64,000 bases of DNA from Octopus sinensis (lineage: Eukaryota), in NCBI RefSeq assembly GCF_006345805.1, contig NW_021837038.1, positions 1 through 64,000 of the forward strand, in the 5' to 3' direction. A program made the translations under genes and the position numbers. The notes under the pieces were generated by a model. It was given only the letters and a program-made list of their open reading frames with translations, did no database searches and was not told where the DNA came from. This document shows, one piece after another, positions 1 to 10,640 of the stretch. The first letter of the stretch is position 1. Each line of letters begins with the position of its first letter.

Positions 1-130
1 AAGCGGGAAATAGATATAGTGAAAAAGAAGGACAGGTAATGTCATAAGAGTGATGAGTGATAGTAATGTAAAAGAAGAGATAGACAGAAAGGAAAAAGGA
101 GGAACTGATACACACACATATATATATATA

Positions 131-161
<31 letters not shown>

Positions 162-1330
162 CATCATCATCATCATCGTCGTTTAACGTCCGTTCTCCAT
201 GCTAGCATGGGTTGGACGGTTCGACCGGGGTTCTGGGAAGCCAGAAGGCTGCACCAGGCTCCAGTCTAATTTGGCAATGTTTCTACAGCTGGATGCCCTT
301 CCTAACGCCAACCACTCCGTGAGTGTAGTGGGTGCTTTTTACGTGCCACCTGCACAGGTGCCAGGCGGGGCTGGCAACGGCCACGGTCAGATTGGTGTAT
401 TTTATGTGCCACCGGCACGGAAGCCAGTCGAGGCGGTGCTGGCATCGGCCACGAGTCGGATAGTGCTTTTTACGTACCACCAGACCAGGGATCCTGGCTG
501 GTTCAATTCGATTTCGATTTCGCTTGCCCCAACATGTCTTCACAAGCAAAGGGGGTTGGCAAGGGTGCCTGTCGTACGGTCGCATTGGAGTATTTTACGT
601 GCCACGGCCACGAGTCGGATAGTGCTTTTTACGTACCACCAGACCAGGGATCCTGGCTGGTTCAATTCGATTTCGCTTGCCCCAACATGTCTTCACAAGC
701 AAAGGGGGTTGGCATGGGTGCCTGTCGTACGGTCGCATTGGAGTATTTTACGTGCCACGGCCACGAGTCGGATAGTGCTTTTTACGTACCACCAGGCCAG
801 GGATCCTAGCTGGTTCAATTCGGTTTCGATTTCGATTTCGATTTCGCTTGCCCCAACATGTCTTCGCAAGCATGGGGGGTTGGCATGGGTGTCTGTCGTC
901 GGATGAGGTTCTATATCGACTTCGTTTGCCTCAACCGGTCTTTGTGTCCAAGGGAGGAAAGGCATTCATAAGTGGGCTGGGCTCACTTGTCCTGCCTGGT
1001 CTTCTCACGTACAGAATATTTCCAAATATATATAGTTATCCGTAATAATGAAGGGTGAAATTAATTAATTTGGAATAATTATCAATTACACCAAGTAGTC
1101 TTCGGCATGTAAAAGCCTCATTCGAGGAAAATCTAAGTAATACTAAGCAATAAAGGGTTTAGCAACGAATTGCCTTACCACAGACCGAATTTAGAAATAG
1201 CAGTCAAAGAGTTATAGCTATTTCTTCTACTAAAAAGGGAGATCTCAGTAAAAACACAGCAATTGGAAGGCAGACACAAACAGGTAAGAGAGAATGAATT
1301 GACGGCAATCTGTCATACAATTTTAAGTTA

Positions 1331-1430
1331 TCTACGGACGCACGTTTCGAAATCAAGTTTTTAGGAAAGCATAAGAATTAAATATCAAATAATTCTACCT
1401 TACCCAAACTTCTTTTCTCTTCAGCGTAGA
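1331..1430 (-). ncRNA. Type I hammerhead ribozyme (long stem II)
   Basis: Reverse complement of TCTACG-CTGAAGA-[69-nt hairpin GAAA...TTTC]-GAAAC-GTGC-GTC-CGTAGA. Confidence 0.8.
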
Positions 1431-1891
1431 ATACTATAATCATAAATGATTATATATTGAATTTTGAGATACTAGAAGGCACCAACTCAACTCAGTATCA
1501 GAGCGAGCTAGAATCCGCAACTAGTATCACCAACCCCTTCCCACCCGCGTGTAGCCAAAACAAGATGCTGTGGTCATCTACTGAGATAAAATATGGTTAT
1601 CCGTAATAATGAAGGGTGAAATTAATTAATTTGGAATAATTATCAATTACACCAAGTAGTCTTCGGCATGTAAAAGCCTCATTCGAGGAAAATTTAAGTA
1701 ATACTAAGCAATAAAGGGTTTAGCAACGAATTGCCTTACCACATACCGAATTTAGAAATAGCAGTCAAAGAGTTATAGCTATTTCTTCTACTAAAAAGGG
1801 AGATCTCAGTAAAAACACAGCAATTGGAAGGCAGACACAAACAGGTAAGAGAGAATGAATTGACGGCAATCTATCATACAATTTTAAGTTA

Positions 1892-1991
1892 TCTACGGAC
1901 GCACGTTTCGAAATCAAGTTTTTAGGAAAGCATAAGAATTAAATATCAAATAATTCTACCTTACCCAAACTTCTTTTCTCTTCAGCGTAGA
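1892..1991 (-). ncRNA. Type I hammerhead ribozyme (long stem II)
   Basis: Same motif as 1331-1430. Confidence 0.8.
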
Positions 1992-2932
1992 ATACTATAA
2001 TCATAAATGATTATATATTGAATTTTGAGATACTAGAAGGCACCAACTCAACTCAGTATCAGAGCGAGCTAGAATCCGCAACTAGTATCACCAAATTCAA
2101 AGTGTGAATGAAAAGATTGTGTCACCAGCCCCTTCCCACCCGCGTGTAGCCAAAACAAGATGCTGTGGTCATCTACTGAGATAAAATATGGTTATCCGTA
2201 ATAATGAAGGGTGAAATTAATTAATTTGGAATAATTATCAATTACACCAAGTAGTCTTCGGCATGTAAAAGCCTCATTCGAGGAAAATTTAAGTAATACT
2301 AAGCAATAAAGGGTTTAGCAACGAATTGCCTTACCACAGACCGAATTTAGAAATAGCAGTTTGGGTAAGGTAGAATTATTTGATATTTAATTCTTATGCT
2401 TTCCTAACAACTTGATTTCGAAACGTGCGTCCGTAGTTAACTTAAAATTGTATGATAGATTGCCATCAATTCATTGTCTCTTACCTGTTTGTGTCTGCCT
2501 TCCAATTGCTGTGTTTTTACTGAGATCTCCCTTTTTAGTAGAAGAAATAGCTATAACTCTTTGACTGCTATTTCTAAATTCGGTATGTGGTAAGGCAATT
2601 CATTGCTAAACCCTTTATTGCTTAGTATTACTTAAATTTTCCTCGAATGAGGCTTTTACATGCCGAAGACTACTTGGTGTAATTGATAATTATTCCAAAT
2701 TAATTAATTTCACCCTTCATTATTACGGAGAACCATATTTTATCTCAGTAGATGACCACAGCATCTTGTTTTGGCTACACGCGGGTGGGAAGGGGCTGGT
2801 GACACAATCTTTTCATTCACACTTTGAATTTGGTGATACTAGTTGCGGATTCTAGCTCGCTCTGATACTGAGTTGAGTTGGTGCCTTCTAGTATCTCAAA
2901 ATTCAATATATAATCATTTATGATTATAGTAT

Positions 2933-3032
2933 TCTACGCTGAAGAGAAAAGAAGTTTGGGTAAGGTAGAATTATTTGATATTTAATTCTTATGCTTTCCT
3001 AAAAACTTGATTTCGAAACGTGCGTCCGTAGA
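2933..3032 (+). ncRNA. Type I hammerhead ribozyme (long stem II), predicted cleavage after C3026
   Basis: Stem I TCTACG/CGTAGA; core CTGAAGA 2939-2945; GAAAC 3015-3019; GTC 3024-3026. Confidence 0.82.
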
Positions 3033-3526
3033 TAACTTAAAATTGTATGATAGATTGCCGTCAATTCATTCTCTCTTACCTGTTTGTGTCTGCCTTCCAA
3101 TTGCTGTGTTTTTACTGAGATCTCCTTTTTAGTAGAAGAAATAGCTATAACTCTTTGACTGCTATTTCTAAATTCGGTATGTGGTAAGGCAATTCGTTGC
3201 TAAACCCTTTATTGCTTAGTATTACTTAAATTTTCCTCGAATGAGGCTTTTACATGCCGAAGACTACTTGGTGTAATTGATAATTATTCCAAATTAATTA
3301 ATTTCACCCTTCATTATTACGGATAACCATATTTTATCTCAGTAGATGACCACAGCATCTTGTTTTGGCTACACGTGGGTGGGAAGGGGCTGGTGACACA
3401 ATCTTTTCATTCACACTTTGAATTTGGTGATACTAGTTGCGGATTCTAGCTCGCTCTGATACTGAGTTGAGTTGGTGCCTTGTAGTATCTCAAAATTCAA
3501 TACATAATCATTTATGATTATAGTAT

Positions 3527-3626
3527 TCTACGCTGAAGAGAAAAGAAGTTTGGGTAAGGTAGAATTATTTGATATTTAATTCTTATGCTTTCCTAAAAAC
3601 TTGATTTCGAAACGTGCGTCCGTAGA
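3527..3626 (+). ncRNA. Type I hammerhead ribozyme (long stem II), predicted cleavage after C3620
   Basis: Identical motif 594 nt downstream of the previous one. Confidence 0.82.
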
Positions 3627-3901
3627 TAACTTAAAATTGTATGATAGATTGCCGTCAATTCATTCTCTCTTACCTGTTTGTGTCTGCCTTCCAATTGCTG
3701 TGTTTTTACTGAGATCTCCCTTTTTAGTAGAAGAAATAGCTATAACTCTTTGACTGCTATTTCTAAATTCGGTCTGTGGTAAGGCAATTCGTTGCTAAAC
3801 CCTTTATTGCTTAGTATATATATATATATATATTGATAAAACGGTAAGATAACAAAAGAAAGAAAGAGACCTCAATATTATGTAAATAGAGGAAATTTAT
3901 C

Positions 3902-4079
3902 TATACAATATGTTACATTACTCGGTAGTCTAAAACTCTGAGTTTCAGATGCCGAAGTGGAAATCCACAACACCATCTCTTCGGTTATCTGGCTAGATAA
4001 CCGAAGAGATGGTGTTGTGGATTTCCACTTCGGCATCTGAAACTCAGAGTTTTATCTTGACTACCGAGTAATGTAACAT

Positions 4080-4087
<8 letters not shown>
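3902..4087. repeat. Near-perfect palindrome carrying a variant hammerhead in each arm
   Basis: Arms mirror around ttatct-ggct-agataa. The + arm (3995-4057) reads AGATAA-CCGAAGA-GATG..CATC-T-GAAAC-TCAGA-GTT-TTATCT. Confidence 0.75.
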
Positions 4088-4130
<43 letters not shown>

Positions 4131-4219
4131 GGAAAGTTTACGACAATAAACAAAAGACGAAGGCAGGTGGAGTACAAACAACCAGATGTATTAGTATAAC
4201 GCTCAGGAATAGAAAAAAG

Positions 4220-4257
4220 TCTTTTATGTTTCGAGCCTACGCTCTTCGACAGAAAGA
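4220..4257 (-). ncRNA. Minimal variant hammerhead-like motif (PLE-type)
   Basis: TCTTT-CTGTCGA-A-GAGC-GTAG-GCTC-GAA-AC-AT-A-AAAGA; non-canonical core. Confidence 0.4.
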
Positions 4258-4309
4258 TACACCGAAAAAAACAGGGAGGTGTATGTATTTTTTTAAAAGT
4301 TTGTTTTCT

Positions 4310-4358
<49 letters not shown>

Positions 4359-4618
4359 CATATATCAAATGTGAGGATAAAATTCTTTTCGAAAAAAAAT
4401 ATTTTCTCGAAAACAACTTTATCAATGGCCAGCATATTAAAAAATACCTTTAACTGTTAAATTTATAAACAATTCATAAATGAGGGCAAAGGAAAAAATT
4501 TCTAATGCCAAATATGCCGAAAAATTGGACATATTGTCCATTAACCATACAATGTTTTCACAATACGCACGTTACCCAAAAAAAAAGGTCGACAGAAATT
4601 TCTAAAAAATTCCATTAT

Positions 4619-4676
4619 TACCATATCGGACCGATTTCAGAGTTAGCTACTAAGAGCCCTCTCTTCGTCAGTGATA
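4619..4676 (-). ncRNA. Type I hammerhead ribozyme
   Basis: Minus strand TATCA-CTGACGA-AGAG...CTCT-GAA-ATCGG-T-CCGAT-A-TGGTA. It lies inside a 501-bp unit bounded by direct repeats at 4361 and 4862. Confidence 0.7.
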
Positions 4677-5017
4677 CATGTGGCAAAAGAAATAAATGAG
4701 ATACTCACTCATACCCATGGAAGAAGAAAACACTAAGTCACGGGCACAACTAAGTACTCCAAATACATCCAAAATAGAAATACTCCAGCCCATTCGAGGC
4801 AAGTGCGATTTGAACTGAGGCTCTCACAGAGTGAGTTAGTTCGGAAGTGAACGCTTAAATTTATATCAAATGTGAGGATAAAATTCTTTCCGAAAAAAAA
4901 TATTTTCTCAAAAGAAACTTTATCAATGGCCAGCATATTAAAAAATACCTTTAACGATTAAATTTATAAACAATTCATTTCCTTTGCCCTCATTTATGAA
5001 TTGTTTATAAACTTAAC

Positions 5018-5053
5018 CTTTCTGTTGAAGAGCGTAGGCTCGAAACGTAAAAG
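5018..5053 (+). ncRNA. Minimal variant hammerhead-like motif (PLE-type)
   Basis: CTTT-CTGTTGA-A-GAGC-GTAG-GCTC-GAA-ACGT-A-AAAG. Further copies at 34505-34540 and 59796-59831. Confidence 0.45.
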
Positions 5054-5175
5054 ACTTGTTTTATTTATATTCCTGAGCGCCATACTAATACAATTGTTTG
5101 TTTGTATTCCACCTGCCTTCGTCTTTTATTTATTTTCATAAAGATTCCCGTTATATATATACACATATATATATA

Positions 5176-5210
<35 letters not shown>

Positions 5211-5489
5211 GTATATATATATATATACATATATATATAAGTATGTGTGTGTATATCAGTTCCTCCTTTTTCCTTTCTGTCTATCTCTTCTTTTACATTA
5301 CTATCACTCATCACTCTTATGACATTACCTGTCCTTCTTTTTCACTATATCTATTTCCCGCTTTCTATCTTTAGTCCTCTCCTTCTGTTCCTCATCCCGT
5401 CACCCTTCCTCGTTTCAGTTTATCTTGAGGTACATGTCTCCCCTTCCTCCTACTCTCACACTTTACTAACTCACGCTATCTCTAAACAA

Positions 5490-5590
5490 AGTTTATATCC
5501 TAGGAGACCCGTAAACGAAATTTGGAAGGATCATCCAGTGTCTGAACTACATGGACTATTAACAAAGAATTAATTAAATCAGAGGTGAGA
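5490..5590 (+). other. Putative non-coding first exon of ACOT copy 1 (donor ag|GTGAGA at 5585)
   Basis: A homologous block ending in ag|gtgagatataattaat recurs upstream of all three ACOT copies (GT at 5585, 11706, 53738). The exon start is approximate. Confidence 0.5.
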
Positions 5591-6883
5591 TATAATTAAT
5601 TTACATACATTACCTTGTTTTTATTCACAATAGTAAAACGTTTAACTCGATTACAACTGTGACCTAACTTCTGTTGAACGGGTCGTGTTTTGACGGCAAA
5701 ACTGCGCAATTGGGACTCGATACTGTTTCTGCATGAATGAATATTTTAAAATGAAATTTTGGCGATCTTTCGGTACAAGTACCACAACTGCCTATTACTT
5801 ACTGTTTGTTTACATTTGAAGAAGATCGGGATCTTTTCCTTTTGATAGACGGAATTCAACACAATTTCTAGTTAAATAAACAATTTGAAACTTCGTACAC
5901 TGGTAGAATGTGTCAAAAGAAAACATTATTTTCACTTGGCTTTTTTGATAAATTTGTAATTCGTTTGTTTAACGTAGTTTAATTTTTCGAATTTTAACCA
6001 ATCCTATGCTCTCTCTTGAGCAAATTGAGAAATTGTGTTGAATTCTGTCTATCAAAAGGAAAAGATCCGAAGAGGATTCATCACTTTCCGTAAAGTTTTT
6101 TTTTCATATATGTGGGGTTAAGGTTAGGGTTTGGGATAGGGTTAGGAGTGGGGGAAGGGTTTCATTTTTCTTCAGAAATGTAAATAAACCCACGTGAGTT
6201 TATAATTGGCAGTTATGGTACTTTTCACGACACCAACGTTGTCCAAGGGAATACAGCTTGGCACCAGTGATGTTGCAACTCATTTCTACAGCTCAGTGAA
6301 CTGGAGCGACGTGAAATAAAATGTCTTGCTCAAGATAACAACACACAGCCCAGTGTCGGAATCGAACTCACAATGTCATGACTGCGAACCCGACAGCAGC
6401 AGAATGTAAAGATTATTTTATGTAAAGTAAGAAGAATGTCGAAGTCATTTATAATAATTATTATTATAATCGTTTTCTGCATCACATTCACTCGTACTAT
6501 ACTCATACACACTGTCACTTGTAGATGCGATTGCCGATTCACAAGCACTCGTAGACAGACTTGTAGAATTCTTAGATCTTTTCGGTTTGAAAGGCAGTTT
6601 TTTAAAATAATTTCTACGTAACTAAACACTTTTAAACTTCGTATACTTGTAGAATGTGTTTATAAAACCTTCTTTTCTCTTGGCTTTATTGAGAAAATTC
6701 TATAGTTTGTAAGATAATTGTTGTTTTTTTCTTTAATTTCTGCAATTTCAACCAATCAATGACGTCTATTGAGGTAAAAAAAAAACATTCTGTGCCGTAT
6801 AAATATGTCCCTCGTTTAAGAAACATATTGTTTTTTTTTTTACACTTGTGAAGAAAAAAAAGATACCCTTGCCCCCACCCCAA

Positions 6884-7260
6884 AATCCTCCTTGCAAGGT
6901 TGAAGGGGATATTTGCTGTGATATGTCTCGAGTGGCATGAGCTAAATAGTAGGTATTGTTTAGTGTCTGTGGTCTTGTAAAATATGTCCGTTTCTACTTT
7001 CTGTTTATTTTTTAAACCCACATGTCTAGGAATGGGAGTTCCTCTTGGTTGTGATCCATCGTAAATTGTATGTTGGTGTTAATGCTATTAAGGAGCTTTT
7101 GGAACTCCAAGAATTTATCTGATTTCATTCAAGAGAATGAAGCAGTCATCCAAAAATCTTTTCCAATTTTCTGTTATGTATTGGCAGGGGGTGTTCCGAA
7201 TTTTGAATATGACTCCTGATATGTTAAATTACCTACCAGAAAAGATCAGGAAAGAAACAT
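6884..7260 (-). mobile_element. Penelope-like element reverse transcriptase fragment (degenerate)
   Basis: Minus frames read WKRFLDDCF, then KLLNSINTNIQFTMDHNQEELPFLD, then TDIFYKTTDTKQYLLFSSCHSRHITANIPFNLARRI, with frameshifts. Confidence 0.8.
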
Positions 7261-8430
7261 TCATGGCCTCATTTGATGTGATAGACTTCAAATGACACAA
7301 TTATACACAACTCTGTCTATTATGCTACTAATAATACACATACTACACAAACAAAGTTTTACAGTAAATGAATCGACCGAGATCGAATTACAGGTCAAAA
7401 GCAATTTTCAAAAGATTGAAAATTCAGATCAAAAATACAGGTCAAGGAAATAAACAACAAATCAAAAGTCATAGGCACGCACAACGCTTTAATCCTACTG
7501 CTCATAACACAAATTGTCCCAAAACTAGAACAAATAAGCCAAACAACAAATATAAGTATCTTGATTTACTCTGGGACAACCCAGTCCATAGTTCATTAGG
7601 GAATTTGTTGCTGGTTCAGGCAAATGTTTCTCAAAATCAAATAGATACCATGCTATTTTTAATAGACACACCATAAAGGTATCATGAGCTAACTCTATTA
7701 ATTTAGAGCAGCATATGCACCAGATTAATAACACATTAATAACATGATAACGTTAATAAAATAATAAAACTACATTATTGATCAACTGCTTAGTAAACAA
7801 CTTACTGTAACTATAAGTTATATCGTGCGAACAACTTTCATTTCGACAAATAAAAAAAGACAACAAACGTATACACCAAGATACCAAGAAATGAGATATA
7901 AACCAGAATGAAAAATCACCTTCTGCAGCCAGACAGTGATGGGAGCAGTAATAGTGATAGAGCCTATACCGTAACGGCGTCAGAAAATTATGACAGCACT
8001 GCCCTATATACAACTAAATCTAATAAATGCTTATGCAGGAAGACAACAAAATGCCCACTGATAAACCTCTGTATGAGTATGAATCTTGTATATAAGTGCA
8101 CTGCACACACATTGAGAGGAATCCATGTTTATATTGAGGAAACATCTGATTTTTTCAAGAAATGTTATCGAAACAATGGTGCCAGCTTCAAGAGAATCAA
8201 CAGAAGGCATTCGATATCTTTGGTTTTTCTTATCGCTTAAACAATCCCGATGACTTTACAAAGTTTTTCTTTTTTCCCCATTGATCCAACAACTGTAGTG
8301 ATGGACATATATTATACAAACTTAAGCCACTCACGCATGTGTGACTATATATACATACATATGAAAATACTTCTATCTCTGCTCTGTGTGCGTGCAATTG
8401 CCTCTTTGAATACATTTGTGTCCTGGAATA

Positions 8431-8461
<31 letters not shown>

Positions 8462-8633
8462 GGTGTATGTTTGTGTGTCCTGCTTCTATTTTATTCCTAT
8501 GTTGATAAGTAATTAAAAATAACTGTTTTATTAACAAAATCTGTTTGTCTCAATCTTGAATTCTTATCTAAATCTCCCTATTTTATTTTTGTATTTCTTC
8601 TGCAGTCCTCCAAGTAAACACTGACCGAGAAAG

Positions 8634-9971
8634 ATGATCCTCCGTCCATCCTACAAACTACTCTCTGCTCTACGTCACATACCCAGCTACCCAACATTCT
8701 TATCCAGAGCGCTAGTTTCGGTAACAGTGAATCCAGAAAAGGGTTTGGTTGATGAGCAATTGTCTGTGAGTGTTTCTGGTTTGAAACCTGAAGAAAATGT
8801 CACAGTCAGTGCCACAATCGAACAGAGCTCAAAGAAAAGAGAAACCGTTTTCAGGTCTTTCGGACATTTCAAAGCTTCAGTTGACGGATGTGTTAATCTG
8901 GTCACTGACCCATGTTTAGCTGGGACCTACACTGGAATTGATCCCATGGGATTATTTTGGAGTATGACTCAAGTAGTTGGAAAACATGGTAGAATTAATA
9001 TTGATGATGCCACCAAATCTTTGGATTACACTGTGATGGTCCACCCTGGTCGTATCTCACAACATTCCAATCTTTTTTCTCATATTAAACCATTAGGAAC
9101 AAAGTTGGTTCGACGATCGTTTATGAGATCTGGTGTCCGCAAAATCACAGTTAACTACGGAAGACTTCGGGGTAGTTTATTCATACCAAGTGACGAAACG
9201 ACCAACAGACAACGGCGACGATATCCTGCTGTGATAGACCTGTTTGGTAATGTTGGTTCTTTGATAGAATCCAGAGGGGCTCTGTTAGCGTCCCATGGAT
9301 TTATTACTTTAAGTTTGGCCTATATTGCATATAAAGACTTACCTCCAATTGCCACAGAGGTTGATTTTGAATATTTCGAAGAGGCTATTGAGTGGCTTAT
9401 TAACCATGAGCAGGTTTCCAGTGAGAAAGGTATAGGTGTTCTAGGGGCATCTCTGGGAGGGATAATAGCTGTATACATGGCGAAAGAGTGTCCGCAAGTA
9501 AGCGCTGTTATAAGTATTAATGGTCTCCCAAACTTCTTTATTTATGGTATCCGCCATAATGGTAAACAGGTGCCATATCGCTCTTCAACAGTCTATGGCC
9601 TTTCTGTAATGAAGGATGATGGATTTATAAGTACAAATTGGAAAATAGAGGAATCTAAGTCGTTTTATTTAGATGAGACTTCCCATAGTAAAGTACTGCT
9701 TTTAGTTGGTGGTGACGACAAATTATATGACACTAGTGACTATTTCTTCTGGTTCAACAACTTAACACCTGCGAAAAAAAGGGATGTTGAATTAATTATA
9801 TACGAAGGTGCTGGTCACATCATTGAAGCTCCATACACACCATTGTTTAACCGTATTTATCATCCGAAACTCGGGCAGCCTGTTATTTATGGGGGTTACC
9901 CTCAACAACATGCTGAGGCACAAGAAAAGTCCTGGTTAAAAATCAGGGAATTTTTTACCAAAAATCTATAA
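8634..9971 (+). CDS. ACOT: Acyl-CoA thioesterase / BAAT-family alpha/beta-hydrolase, copy 1 (445 aa, single coding exon, probable mitochondrial presequence)
   Basis: ORF has ACOT/BAAT motifs GTYTGIDPMGLFWSM, GRLRGSLFIP, PAVIDLFG, E-RGALLASHGF, nucleophile elbow GASLGG, GDD, YEGAGH-IEAPY and HAEAQEKSW. Ser/Asp/His triad intact. Splice acceptor ttctgcag ends at 8605, 28 nt before the ATG. N-terminus is R/S/L-rich with no acidic residues. Confidence 0.93.
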   Translation: MILRPSYKLLSALRHIPSYPTFLSRALVSVTVNPEKGLVDEQLSVSVSGLKPEENVTVSATIEQSSKKRETVFRSFGHFKASVDGCVNLVTDPCLAGTYTGIDPMGLFWSMTQVVGKHGRINIDDATKSLDYTVMVHPGRISQHSNLFSHIKPLGTKLVRRSFMRSGVRKITVNYGRLRGSLFIPSDETTNRQRRRYPAVIDLFGNVGSLIESRGALLASHGFITLSLAYIAYKDLPPIATEVDFEYFEEAIEWLINHEQVSSEKGIGVLGASLGGIIAVYMAKECPQVSAVISINGLPNFFIYGIRHNGKQVPYRSSTVYGLSVMKDDGFISTNWKIEESKSFYLDETSHSKVLLLVGGDDKLYDTSDYFFWFNNLTPAKKRDVELIIYEGAGHIIEAPYTPLFNRIYHPKLGQPVIYGGYPQQHAEAQEKSWLKIREFFTKNL

Positions 9972-10334
9972 AAATTTCGACTGATTCTTATTGGTGTTTA
10001 TATCAGTTTGCAATACATCAAATATTTATGATTGCACCTGTCAGCTTGATGCAGGGAATTCGCTAATTATTTGATCACCATAATAATTATTTAATCTCCA
10101 TAAATTAGCTATTTGTGCCGGTTGACCAGCAAAAAATTGCAGAAGCGTCTTTCTCACACCTGAAAGACTACCAATATATTAGAGACAATAATACTTACGA
10201 TGGATGTTTGCATTATAAAAGTAGGGGTGGTCACAGATGAGTTGATATCAGAAGGGCTAACACATTAGCCTATAAATTGGCGATGTCCGACCAAAATATT
10301 CTAGATGTTTTATATTCAAACTGGACACATTTAA

Positions 10335-10640
10335 CTTCTCACACCTACCCTACAATGTCATTCTAAAAATAAACAATCACATCATTGAAATCTCAAAGCT
10401 ATGAGATAATGCATGATTAATTAAAAACAAGGCCAGATCCAGCCTCTCACATGTACCCTACAATGTCATTCTAAAAATAAACAATCACATCATTGAAATC
10501 TTAAAGCTATGAGATAATGCATGATTAATTCAAAACAAGGCCAGATCCAGCCTCTCACATCTACCCTACAATGTCATTCTAAAAATAAACAATCACATCA
10601 TTGAAATCTGAAAGCCATGAGATAATGCATGATTAATTCA
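10335..10640 (+). repeat. About 3 x 111-bp tandem repeat derived from the piggyBac-like MITE family
   Basis: ctctcaca.ctaccctacaatgtcattctaaaaataaac repeated; similar to the reverse complement of 28348-28572. Confidence 0.7.

Larger units (their letters stand above)
1035..3816. mobile_element. Tandem + inverted array of a 594-bp non-coding unit, one hammerhead per unit (retrozyme / PLE pseudo-LTR-like)
   Basis: Direct copies span 1035-2360 (first unit 561 bp, lacking 33 bp). Inverted copies span 2361-3816. No ORF of 60 aa or more in the track. Ends in (TA)n. Confidence 0.85.

Noticed and set aside
199-906. 235-aa ORF and similar ORFs at 23273-24432, 31123-31731, 47605-48495 and 62137-63596
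   Set aside because: They are translations of SINE and minisatellite sequence, open in several frames on both strands, with no domain signal.
2361-2436. Fifth hammerhead in the 594-bp array
   Set aside because: The inversion breakpoint removes the CTGAAGA core and the 5' strand of stem I.
7908-8240. 110-aa ORF duplicated at 13784-14116
   Set aside because: Lies in the duplicated ACOT intron; conservation is explained by recent duplication, and no motif is recognisable.
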